From the NCBI GenBank assembly GCA_031385005.1, contig JANNBB010000051.1, positions 87,405 through 151,404 on the forward strand: a stretch of 64,000 bases of DNA. Reading direction: 5' to 3'. This document shows, in pieces, positions 1 through 10,100 of the stretch. A program made the position numbers and the translations under genes. Within the stretch, counting starts at the first letter, position 1. Every line of letters starts with the position of its first letter. The notes under the pieces were generated by a model that was not told where the DNA came from, searched no databases, and worked only from the letters and a program-made list of their open reading frames with translations. This DNA is from Bacteroidota bacterium. Its GTDB lineage: Bacteria; Bacteroidota; Bacteroidia; AKYH767-A; 2013-40CM-41-45.

Positions 1-222
1 GCTTTTCCTAAGTGCCAATTCTCAAAACTGCTACATAATAGAAAGAAAGAAAACTACATATAAACTTCCCGAAAACTAATGCCATATTTACTTTATCTTA
101 AAATCAAGAATACACTGTTTTGTATACTTCCAGTATTGTTGAAATTAGAACGTTTAATATTTCGGCTTTTGCAAGAAGGTTTACAATGTCTCATTTTACT
201 TATTTTTCCATAACTCCCCATT

Positions 223-648
223 TCAATCTTGCGTTTCAAACCCATACCTTATTGCTGCTTCAAGTATATGAATGTTTATTTCCTTTAGAGTTTTAAACTT
301 AATACAATACCCGGTTACACTTGCCTTGCCCAGTTCTTTGCCATACGTTTTGGCTAAGTACGTCTTCTCTTTAATGCCCATAACATACACAGAGATTCCG
401 GTTGTGTTTGCACTCAAACCAATTCGATAAAACTCTCTGGTTTTTCCATCTGCATATTTTATGGTGTAGGATCCATATCCAATATTCGGATTAGAAACAG
501 TTTTATTTTCACTGTTCTTGCCATCTAAAAACCATAATTTACCGGCAGGTAATATTTGCAAAATGAGCTTGTGCAACTCTTGCATATCACTACGTTTTGG
601 TTCAGGCTGGCCGGAAATATACTTTTTGATTTGATCTTGCACTTTCAT
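223..648 (-). CDS. DUF1801 (YdhG-like) domain protein
   Basis: 141-aa ORF. The overall pattern resembles the small YdhG/DUF1801 family. No neighbouring genes give context. Confidence 0.45.
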   Translation of the reverse strand: MKVQDQIKKYISGQPEPKRSDMQELHKLILQILPAGKLWFLDGKNSENKTVSNPNIGYGSYTIKYADGKTREFYRIGLSANTTGISVYVMGIKEKTYLAKTYGKELGKASVTGYCIKFKTLKEINIHILEAAIRYGFETQD

Positions 649-721
649 ATAAAATAACGACTTGCTTAATTAACCTATTAATTCTCGCCAAATTTTTACT
701 TTAAGAATTGTATTTTACCTT

Positions 722-1222
722 TTATTGTTGTTTCAATAAAATTGCCAATAATTTTTCGAGTTCATTCAATGTCATGGTAAATCCTTGTTGGAATCCTTCA
801 AGTAAACTCTCCATTCGATCAAACGATTCATTATAAATAGAAATACTCACCTTTGTAATACCGTCTTGTTCACTGAAATTGTAATCCCATTCAGATCCCT
901 GTAATTCGGGGTTTTCATCCTTATCCGCAAAAGCACTATAAAGTTTAAAATTGGATTTAGGTGTTATTGATTTATATTCCTGAATTGACCAACGCTCTTG
1001 TCCTTCGGGGCTTACCATTGCATAAAATCTTTTTCCACCAACTTCAAAATTCAAATATTTTGTTTTCGATACCCATGGTGCAGGTGCTGACCATTGGTCA
1101 AGAATTTCCTTTTTGGAAAATGCGTCCCAAACCAGAGAAAGATTTGCGGCAAATTCTTTTGTTATAAAAACTTTTTTTGCTGTTTTGTCAACGATAAATT
1201 CAAAAATCAAATTGTTATTCAT
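722..1222 (-). CDS. SRPBCC / AHSA1 (activator of Hsp90 ATPase)-like domain protein
   Basis: 166 aa with a START/Bet v1-like fold signature ([13 protein letters not shown]...W). Size and composition are typical of Aha1-like SRPBCC proteins. Confidence 0.5.
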   Translation of the reverse strand: MNNNLIFEFIVDKTAKKVFITKEFAANLSLVWDAFSKKEILDQWSAPAPWVSKTKYLNFEVGGKRFYAMVSPEGQERWSIQEYKSITPKSNFKLYSAFADKDENPELQGSEWDYNFSEQDGITKVSISIYNESFDRMESLLEGFQQGFTMTLNELEKLLAILLKQQ

Positions 1223-1331
1223 TTTTAATTTTTTTAAATAGGATTTAATAAAGTATAATTGGGAAATTTATACATCTGGTAAAAAATCTACAAGTAAATA
1301 TAAGTTCTATTTACAACTTAGAAAAATTATA

Positions 1332-3431
1332 CTATTCTGCTTTAATAAATCGACTAACAAAGGATGCTCCTGAACTCTCCAACTTCAACAAATATATACC
1401 ATTAGCAATACCTGATGTTGAAAAAACATGTGCGTTCGCGCCTGTCATTTTCCATTTTGCAACTTGAATTCCCTGCAACGTAAATAATTTTATTTCGCAA
1501 TTTTCTAAACAAGCAGAAAGAATGCTAAATTCATCTGTTACCGGATTGGGATAAAATTCAATTTTCGTTTCCTGTTTCTCATTAACAGTAGTACATATTA
1601 ATACATGCAGTTTACTCGTATCTTGATTAGTACAGCCATTACCGTCTGTGTAAGTATAAAATAAATAAAAATTACCCGGTCCTGCAAAAGCGGGATCGAA
1701 AAAGTTTCCCGGCACTACTCCTTGTCCGGAGTAAACACCTCCTGACGGTGTTCCATTCGTCAACGGAATCACCGGTGATCCATTGCAAACAGTATCATAA
1801 GGAACTGAAAAGGTTACCGTAGGCAGTGGAAGAATATTAACAGTCGTCGATGCCAATGCCGTACAGTTGGACGAGTTTCTGATAACAACAGTGTAAACTC
1901 CTGCAGCATTCATTCCAACACCTGAAATGTTCGGGTTTTGTGTTGCCGATGTGTATCCATTCGGTCCTGTCCAGTAATAGGTGTATCCACTGTATGTTGT
2001 TAAGTCAATATTTTGCCCTTCGCAAACCGGACTGTTACTCGTTGCAGCTAATGGCGGAGTTAATCCATTCACTCCTAATCGAACGGAAACTGTTCTGTCG
2101 TTGTAATTGGTTACTGCAAAATCCTGACGCGAATCGTTGTTGAATTGTCCAACTGCCACACAAGTTGGATAAGAACCCACTGAAACATCCGTTGTCCCGC
2201 TGAATCCTCCTGTGCCATCACCTAAGCGAATCGAAACGGTATTGTCGAAGTAATTCGCAGTAGCTATATCTTCGAATTCATCTCCATTAAAATTTCCTAC
2301 TGCAACATGATAGGGGCCTGCTCCTGTGCTTATCTGAATATTGCCACTGAAATTGCCAAACCCATCGCCAATACGAATAGATGCATCGTCACTCAAATAA
2401 TTCGCGGAAACGATATCCGGATTTCCGTCGTGGTTGAAATCTGCAATGGCCACGCTATTTGGATTTGTTCCAACCGGAACCTCCGTAGTTCCTGAAAAAC
2501 CACCAGCACCATTTCCCATACGAATTGAAATTGTACCTCCGGAACTAGAAGCAGTTGCCAGATCAGGATTGCCATCGTGATTGAAATCGCCTGACGCTAT
2601 TCCTGCGGGATAATTTCCTACGGAAATTGTCGTCGATCCCGTAAAAGCACCGGCACCATTTCCCCACCGAATGGAAACAGCGTGATCATTATAGTTGCAC
2701 GTCGCAAAGTCGGGTTTGCCATCGTTATTGAAATCAGTCATTACAATGCCAATCGGATTTGCTCCTACATTGACATTGGGGAAATTATTAAACCCTCCCG
2801 CTCCATCTCCTCCGCGCACGGCAACGATATTGTTTCCCTGATTCGTGACAAGAAAATCCTGCTTACCATCCAAATCAAAATCTCCTACTGCCAAAGCATA
2901 AGGATGTGAAGTAACCGCAACTTCTGTAGAGCCGGAAAACGAACCCAATCCATTTCCCATGCGAATGGAAACAGTATTGAATCCCTCATGAGCTATAGCC
3001 AAATCTTGTTTCCCGTCATCGTTAAAATCACCTACAGCAACTCCTGTCAGATTCGGATCCAATCCACTAATCTGGCTGCCGGTGTTGAATCTACCATCAT
3101 CACAAACGGATTTGTTTACTGTCAATGTAAAAGTTCGCGTAGTACTTGCACTGACAGAATTAAATGCTCTGACGGTAATGGTATATACTCCTTCCGGTTT
3201 TGCATTTGTGATGAGTACTTTTCCATTTGTAGGCCGGGCAGTCAAAATTCCGGAAAATCCTTCAGAGGCAGATACACGTATCCCTACGGTATTCGATGGC
3301 ACAGCAGATGGTGTTATTGTAGTATTTCCACTCACTGTAACATTGCCTGCAGGATATGTACCTAATGTTTGGGCTTGTGTATGAATAATTAAGAAAACAC
3401 AAATGATTGAAAAAAATATTCTTTTAAACAT
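1332..3431 (-). CDS. FG-GAP/VCBS repeat beta-propeller protein with Ig-like domain and T9SS C-terminal sorting domain
   Basis: N-terminal signal peptide (MFKRIFFSIICVFLIIHTQAQ). At least seven FG-GAP-like repeats (GDFNDDGKQDLAIA, GDFDLDGKQDFLV, FNNDGKPDFAT, FNHDGNPDL...). C-terminal 'FYPNPVTDEFSI...' T9SS CTD. Confidence 0.7.
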   Translation of the reverse strand: MFKRIFFSIICVFLIIHTQAQTLGTYPAGNVTVSGNTTITPSAVPSNTVGIRVSASEGFSGILTARPTNGKVLITNAKPEGVYTITVRAFNSVSASTTRTFTLTVNKSVCDDGRFNTGSQISGLDPNLTGVAVGDFNDDGKQDLAIAHEGFNTVSIRMGNGLGSFSGSTEVAVTSHPYALAVGDFDLDGKQDFLVTNQGNNIVAVRGGDGAGGFNNFPNVNVGANPIGIVMTDFNNDGKPDFATCNYNDHAVSIRWGNGAGAFTGSTTISVGNYPAGIASGDFNHDGNPDLATASSSGGTISIRMGNGAGGFSGTTEVPVGTNPNSVAIADFNHDGNPDIVSANYLSDDASIRIGDGFGNFSGNIQISTGAGPYHVAVGNFNGDEFEDIATANYFDNTVSIRLGDGTGGFSGTTDVSVGSYPTCVAVGQFNNDSRQDFAVTNYNDRTVSVRLGVNGLTPPLAATSNSPVCEGQNIDLTTYSGYTYYWTGPNGYTSATQNPNISGVGMNAAGVYTVVIRNSSNCTALASTTVNILPLPTVTFSVPYDTVCNGSPVIPLTNGTPSGGVYSGQGVVPGNFFDPAFAGPGNFYLFYTYTDGNGCTNQDTSKLHVLICTTVNEKQETKIEFYPNPVTDEFSILSACLENCEIKLFTLQGIQVAKWKMTGANAHVFSTSGIANGIYLLKLESSGASFVSRFIKAE

Positions 3432-3727
3432 GGCTATATTTCGAAGTCTGTTTTAATTTTATAACAACAATTTGAATGCTTGACCTTAAAAAGATTGAAG
3501 AAATCCCTTCCTTCAGATGATTTCCGTTTTTGTTGAAAGTCCTTGTCAGTAAAGGCCTACCAATAAAAGCAGTCCAAGATACGTTGTTTAACCTGAAAAA
3601 TTAATTGTACCTGAAAAATTTCTCCACCATATCTTCTTGGCATAAATCTTGTCTTTCCAGCCGAACCTTTATAAAAATCAATATTCAAATTGATTTAACG
3701 ATATTTGTACCATTCAAACTACCTAAA

Positions 3728-4120
3728 ATGAAATACCTGCCGGTAATCCTATTCCTCCTCGTTTCCGCCTCTTCCACACAGGCACAATACACCAAAGAGA
3801 AAATTTCAAACATCCTTTCAGGGGATACTGAAAAATCGTGGTCCGTTAATGGCATCAATGTCAGCCGTCCCGAAAAAGTTTTTACATTCAATAAAAACAA
3901 TACGGTAGTCATAGAAGAAACCTCAGGTAAAATTCGTAAAGAAAATTGGTCAATAAGTTCTAACGATAACATTCGATGGTTTCTGAAAGCAGGTAGTATA
4001 ACGTATGAACTGATAATCAGCTACGATAAAAAGGGCCAGCAATTTGTAAAATTGACACATGGAGAATCAGCTAACAGTGCCTCCGGCTATTATGAAATGA
4101 AGCTTACTAAAAAGAACTAA
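3728..4120 (+). CDS. hypothetical secreted protein
   Basis: The ORF track starts at 3605, but the signal peptide MKYLPVILFLLVSASSTQAQ begins at the internal ATG at 3728. No recognisable motif. Confidence 0.4.
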   Translation: MKYLPVILFLLVSASSTQAQYTKEKISNILSGDTEKSWSVNGINVSRPEKVFTFNKNNTVVIEETSGKIRKENWSISSNDNIRWFLKAGSITYELIISYDKKGQQFVKLTHGESANSASGYYEMKLTKKN

Positions 4121-4121
4121 T

Positions 4122-4670
4122 ATGACGCTCCAAAAATTTGAAAAATTCCTTACCTCATTCGGACCACTGATCGGATTTTTACTAACAGCCGCCGGCATTA
4201 TCATCTCTACTTCTAATTTTTCGAAGGAACAAAAAAGTAAGTCGGCTCTAGAATTTAAACGCGATTTCTGGTCGAAGCAATCTGATATCTACCTGAAAAC
4301 TTCTCAAGCTATCGGAACTATCTGCGCCGAAATTAACAAATCCGATCCTGCAGAATTTAACAGTGAAAAATTCAACAATTCAAAAGAAGTTTTCGAATCT
4401 CTTTACTGGGGTGAAATGAACTTCGTTCAGGACTCTATCGTAATCTCAGATATGAAATCATTCGATCAATACATCAAAGATTTTAATCCGAATATTACAG
4501 ATGTCGACTACAGACAAACACTCATTCGACTCGGAAATAAAATTATTCTTACCTGCAGAAATTCATACATGAATTCTTTCAACAATCTGCAAATGGAATC
4601 ATTTAATGGGAATGCAACTGCAACGTTGATCCAGCTGGATTCTGTTAAACCGGCTTCACTTCCTAAATGA
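4122..4670 (+). CDS. hypothetical membrane-anchored protein
   Basis: Its start overlaps the stop of the previous gene (TAATATG), so the two are likely co-transcribed. One N-terminal TM helix (LIGFLLTAAGIIIS). Confidence 0.4.
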   Translation: MTLQKFEKFLTSFGPLIGFLLTAAGIIISTSNFSKEQKSKSALEFKRDFWSKQSDIYLKTSQAIGTICAEINKSDPAEFNSEKFNNSKEVFESLYWGEMNFVQDSIVISDMKSFDQYIKDFNPNITDVDYRQTLIRLGNKIILTCRNSYMNSFNNLQMESFNGNATATLIQLDSVKPASLPK

Positions 4671-4698
4671 TTTTTAACGATCTTTTATTTTCATCTCT

Positions 4699-4756
4699 CT
4701 TTGCTGACTATGTGGTAATATACCCTCGTCGGATTTTTACCACATAGGGAGCAAAG
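4699..4756. terminator. long imperfect hairpin between convergent genes (putative bidirectional terminator)
   Basis: ctttgctgactatgtggtaa (4699-4718) and ttaccacatagggagcaaag (4737-4756) form a 20-bp inverted repeat with 3 central mismatches and an 18-nt loop. It lies between the 3' ends of the 4122..4670(+) and 4782..7025(-) genes. Confidence 0.4.
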
Positions 4757-4781
4757 GTCTGAACAGAGATATCAGAAGTTA

Positions 4782-7025
4782 TTATGGTCTCGACAATACT
4801 TTTCCAATATTATTTTCCACCAGACTAAAATCGGAAGATTCCGTGAGTCCGTCGCCGGTAAGGTCATCGATCACATAGCCGGTGTAAAATATTCCTGAAT
4901 TTGTTTTCACTTGTGTGAAATCTGTTGAGTTGATGTTCCCGTCACGGCTCACATCTCCGCTGTATATGACAAACCTTCCATCTCCCAAATCTTTGAGTTT
5001 ATTTCCAAAAGCCTGTGTGGATGCAGTAGTGAAATCATAACTCATCGATGAAGAATTAAACAAAACAGTATTCTTACTCCATGTTTCGAGTGAATTCCTG
5101 TGCTTGACAACAATGTAATACGAACCATTCAAGACAGTGGTTGGAAAAACTCCATCAGCAATCCCATTTGTACGAAGCAATGCTTTAGTCGTTGCGATGA
5201 GGGCATAAGGAGAATTAGCACCCCTGAGTTCAATGGTAACAGAATCACATGCAGTTGCATCGTTGCTTATTCCTGTATTTTTCAACGAAGCCGTCATGAG
5301 TCCGCTTCCTTTGTAAAATCCCTCGACAAAAACTTTAAGATTTAAATTTACAGCGTCATAAGTAACCGTATTGTTTCCTGATAGTAACCAAAGCTCAGGA
5401 TCGAAGGTTGCGGTTGTTGCAGGAAAATTGACAGTTGCAGTAAACACTTGTCCGGAAAAAGTGTGATTGAAAACAACAGTCGTATCAAAACCTGAAGCAG
5501 TAAAACGTATAGGCACCGGCATGTCGTAAAATGACACAGAAGTATGAGACGTTGTTTGATTGATTTTCACTACGACATCATTTCCGCTTCTGTGCCAGGA
5601 GACCTGATAAGTTGGAAACCCCTGTTTGTAATACCATTTGTCGAAAAAAGAGGTCAGACTTTGTCCACTCGTTGTTTCAAGTTGATTGATAAGATCCGGA
5701 GTCTTTGCATAGCTATAGGCGAATGCGGGATAGTTGAGGTAATTTCTGAGCGCCTGAAAAAATACCGCATCACCAAGTTTCCAACGTAGCATGTGCAAAA
5801 GATAAGCGCCTTTGTTATAGGAAAGCCGTGAACTAAAGATCCGATTAATACTGGTCGTGTCATCGCATAAAACAGAACCGCTTGCTACACTAATGATGTT
5901 GTTCTTCTTACCCAACTTCCAGTTATACCAGGTAGATGGGTTAAGATATTGTTGTGTCAATCCTTCAAAATAAGTAGCAAAACCTTCATTGAGCCAGATG
6001 TCTTGCCAGCTTCCGCAAGTTACTTTATCACCAAACCATTGGTGAGCACATTCATGTGCAATCAACGGCTGACTGAACGTATTTACAAAGCTCATTGTTT
6101 GATGTTCCATACCTCCGCCCACTCCAAACTGGCAATGACCATATTTTTCTTCGGAAAAAGGATAGATAATCGTCAGACTATCAAACAAATTTATTATCCC
6201 TTTAATTGCTGATGTTTGTGATTGAGCTGTTGTCAGATTTTCAGGGTAAACATAATTAAGAATTTCAAGTGTGTCAGTAGGGCTTAACGGAAGGTAATTA
6301 GAATAGACTGAATAATTGGTAACACCGATAGCCACGAGATATGCTGCAACCGGATAGCGGCTCTTCCATCGATAAATTTTGTCGGTGCCACTTTGAGTTG
6401 TAGATATTAATAGTCCATTGCTTGCAGCTTTGTAAGCCTGGGGCGTGGTTACTATTACATCGATAGAATCTACTTTATCGTTCAGAATTTGTTTACAAGG
6501 CCACCAATCGAGTGCACCAAAGGGCTCAGACAATGTCCACATGACCGGTGTACTGTTATGGGTAGAAGTGGTAAACGAACCAGACCCATTGTTTGGAGGA
6601 ACACCGTGATAACTTACTTTTATGGAATCCAAAACATTTATGGGTACTGCAGAAGGAAGTGTGATTTTCAGGGCATCGCCCGTTTGTTGAACAAACGATA
6701 CTGCGGCGCCATGATACCTGACAGAATCGACAACTAATGAAGTGGACAAGTCGAAGTAAATCTGATTGAGACCGGAAGTCTTTGGTACGAAATAAGAAGT
6801 TACTGAGCCCTGAATATATCTGACTGCAGGATCCACTCGCCATTCACAACGGTGATATTTCAAATCGTAATTATCAGGCACAGATGAATAGACCCCTTGT
6901 GGTGCAAAACCACTCGATTTACTTTCCATGTAGACGAGTTGATTAAATTCTTCAAAACTTTGAAGAGTTTGAGCTTGTATAAATAAAGGAAAGACGCAAA
7001 TAATAAGGTAAAGTATTTTTTTCAT
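4782..7025 (-). CDS. M1-family zinc aminopeptidase (aminopeptidase N-like), secreted
   Basis: HEXXH-18-E zinc motif (HECAHQWFGDKVTCGSWQDIWLNEGFATYFE). GAMEN-like exopeptidase motif (GGGMEHQTM). Signal peptide MKKILYLIICVFPLFIQAQ. Confidence 0.8.
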   Translation of the reverse strand: MKKILYLIICVFPLFIQAQTLQSFEEFNQLVYMESKSSGFAPQGVYSSVPDNYDLKYHRCEWRVDPAVRYIQGSVTSYFVPKTSGLNQIYFDLSTSLVVDSVRYHGAAVSFVQQTGDALKITLPSAVPINVLDSIKVSYHGVPPNNGSGSFTTSTHNSTPVMWTLSEPFGALDWWPCKQILNDKVDSIDVIVTTPQAYKAASNGLLISTTQSGTDKIYRWKSRYPVAAYLVAIGVTNYSVYSNYLPLSPTDTLEILNYVYPENLTTAQSQTSAIKGIINLFDSLTIIYPFSEEKYGHCQFGVGGGMEHQTMSFVNTFSQPLIAHECAHQWFGDKVTCGSWQDIWLNEGFATYFEGLTQQYLNPSTWYNWKLGKKNNIISVASGSVLCDDTTSINRIFSSRLSYNKGAYLLHMLRWKLGDAVFFQALRNYLNYPAFAYSYAKTPDLINQLETTSGQSLTSFFDKWYYKQGFPTYQVSWHRSGNDVVVKINQTTSHTSVSFYDMPVPIRFTASGFDTTVVFNHTFSGQVFTATVNFPATTATFDPELWLLSGNNTVTYDAVNLNLKVFVEGFYKGSGLMTASLKNTGISNDATACDSVTIELRGANSPYALIATTKALLRTNGIADGVFPTTVLNGSYYIVVKHRNSLETWSKNTVLFNSSSMSYDFTTASTQAFGNKLKDLGDGRFVIYSGDVSRDGNINSTDFTQVKTNSGIFYTGYVIDDLTGDGLTESSDFSLVENNIGKVLSRP

Positions 7026-7169
7026 AGATCCGATGAAAGGAAAATACTACGAGCAGTATTTTCTATCCCTGTAAAATAACAAAATAAAATGAGACTATAA
7101 AATTTCAAAAAAAGCGTATTAGCCAAAGCAAAAAATTAAACCAAGTTGAAAATTTCTCTTCATCCAATA

Positions 7170-10100
7170 CTACAAACGAACGTATTTGGTAATTAGTTTT
7201 TTATCGCCTTGCGTAACGGTAAGAATATAGACGCCTGAATTAATATTATCCAATTCCAATTCTCTGGATCTTCCTGTTTGCTGTATAATAATCGTTTGGC
7301 TCAATACAGTTTTGCCACTCATGTCATTAAGCAAAATAGTTGCTGTTCCCGGGTCAAGGTAATAAGATTGAATACTCAGATTTTTTGTAGAGGAAGGATT
7401 GGGATAAACCAGAAGTGAATCTCCGCATGCATCCTTATTGATATGCGCTGTAACTTTTACAGTTTCACTCTTGCAAAGTTGCCCTGCACGAACGAAGAAT
7501 GTCGTTGTCTCGGAAAGCATAGGAGTTACAAGAGAATCTCCAACACCTAAAAGATTCCCTTGAGGGGCATCATACCAGGAGAGTTGTTCGGAAGAAGAAG
7601 CAAATAGCAATACAGAACCTTGACGGCAACGGGCTCCGTCTGTTACAGAAGGTTCGGCAGAATAATTAACTTCTTCGATTGTTGCGGGAGGTGAAGAAGC
7701 TGAACAACCTTGTGCATCGACTAAGACAGTATAAATTCCCGGAGTAAGGGTTACAATTGAATTCATTGTATCTCCAACAAGAACATTATCGTTCAGCAGC
7801 CATTGGTAAGAATAAACAGGCAAATCCAATAAACTAAGTTCTGTACTGTCGCCTATACAATATTGTCGGTTTCCGTTTATGGTAACGGGTGCTGAAAGTG
7901 TCGTGCTATAAGCTTTCCCCGGTGAACCGCCGTAGCAACCGGCAAACCAATTTGCGCCATCGCCTAAGTTGCCGGATGTACTCAACAATTCACAGGTATA
8001 ACCCAATCCATCCGCCTGAAGAGGCCATGGATTTTGGTCGCTGAAATAAAAGGAGAGATATTGATTTCCCAAATAATCAAACAAGCGAATCTGATCGCCG
8101 CTATTATTCAGGCTGAAATCCATTTGTCCCGTTCGGTTAGCGACATCAGGAAAAAATGTTTTAAACTTAATTGAATCTTCTGGAACGACAAGGTAACCTC
8201 CCGGAATAATTACGGATCCTGAAGGAAAAACAAATTGGTGTCGATCTTCTTCGTCGCTGAGTTTCCAGCCGGAGATATCGATTGTAAATGTTCCATAATT
8301 ATGAAACTCAATCCAATCGTTTACATCGAATTCCGGTGCCGAGTTATAATTAAATTCACTAACAGCTAGTTTAATTGGAGCAGGCGAACCGGTGAAATAT
8401 GCGGTGATAGCATCATTTGATGTAAAATTATACGTTGTCCGAAGGTTGGTATCATTGGCAGAAATCACAACATCGGAATGCCAGTGATTGAAAGTATAAC
8501 CCGGATTGGCAATAGCAGTAATCGTCACCGGATTTCCATTGAAGTACACGCCTGTCCAAGGGTAGGATTCAGGTACAACAGTACTGATTTCAATTCTACC
8601 TGACCCTGCCGGAAATGTGTTTACTGTTAGTGTAACCTGGCCATCCAGATTAAATTCATTTCTGATATAATCTCTCATGATAGCAGGTCGTTGACTAACC
8701 CAGGACATCATGTCATTAATTCTCGTATTCCACCCACCTGTATCACTCCCCCATTTATCGAAATGCTTGGGCATATCGAATTTCATGGAGTCTCTGAATT
8801 GTTTCATAACAGCGTTGACATTGGAAGGCAGATAAATAGTATTAATTAAATCTGCATACCGGTTTATGAAATGTCTTTTAAAAACAGGATTTTTTAAAGT
8901 TGCATCGAAAATATTGGAAGTATGGCTGAACGCAACAGGATTAATGGCCTCTGATAATCTGTTGTCGTGCAAATTTCCTCTGAGGCCGAATCCAAAATCA
9001 GTGTCGATTAAAAGATATTTAATTCGTGTGTCGTGTTTCTCTGCATTCCATATTCGAATATTGTTTGTCCAGTCGCCAAGCCAATCACCGTTGTTATAAT
9101 ACGTATTGGCAATAAAATAATCTGCAAAATTTTGCAAATCGAGTTTGTCTTTTAATTGATCGTAGAAGTCTGTTGAAAGCGGGGATTCTGTAGTAGCGAA
9201 ATTATACAGGTCAAAAAAGTCTTCTGATGTACCTTCTAAAGCAAATATATCATCTCCTATTTCTTCACAAAAATCAAATTCGCCTTTTTTCAAACCATAA
9301 TTTAATTCAACCCATTTCTTATTATATTTTTCATTTAAAATGTACACCCCCCAGAAATCTCCATTAAGATATCCTACGACTGGTTCGGCGGCAACGTAAC
9401 CGGAATAGGTGTTTTTCATAATACGCTGCATCAATGCATCGCGGAAATGAACAAAGTTCCAGTCTGTCCCTGCATTTCTCAAAAGAATATTCTCAAAAGT
9501 AGTTAGGTAAGGTTTATCCGGAAGGAAGGGATAGTTCACTTCACTTAGTCCGTGCTTATCACTCAATTTTATTTCAAAACTTTTTTGAGGGCGATAGCGA
9601 GAGTAGTTTCCGTAAATTTCTATGTCGGCATTGAAATTAATTACACGGCTACCCAACTTGTCGAAGTATTCGATAGAAGCCGGCTTAGACCAGGGTTGCC
9701 AGAAGTTTGCATTATAGTAAGGAAAAATAGAATCCGCATTGGGCCCCCAGCTATAGATACCGGTATTGTAGTCCCACAGGTTCAACGAATCCGTAGTAAT
9801 ACAAAAAACAGGAAGGTGATTCGTTTCATTGATGAAATACGTATTTGTAATAACCGGACTAGGCAAAGTTCCCAATGCAAAAACTCTTGCACGAATAGTT
9901 ACGGTGCTATCCAAAGAAATTAATCCTGAATAAAGGAAGGAGGTAGAATCCGGAATATCACCATTTGTAGTATACCTGATTACACCACCGGGAAAATTGG
10001 TTGATAATCCCAAACTAAGAGTATTAGAATAGTAACCTGCACTTTTAGAGAAAACAGGAATTGTCGCATAGCCTGTATTACATGTGGACGAATTATTCGG

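Noticed and set aside
961-3384. Multiple 60-125 aa ORFs antisense to the SRPBCC and FG-GAP genes (961..1167, 1940..2143, 2307..2495, 2682..2909, 2988..3365, 3082..3384)
   Set aside because: They lie entirely inside longer ORFs with strong domain evidence on the opposite strand. They have low-complexity or Cys-rich composition typical of antisense frames of repeat-rich genes.
3605-3727. Upstream extensions of several ORF-track entries (3605, 14677, 16950, 33597, 57562, 61463)
   Set aside because: In each case a canonical signal peptide begins at an internal Met and the upstream extension lacks one. I trimmed the starts to the internal ATGs.
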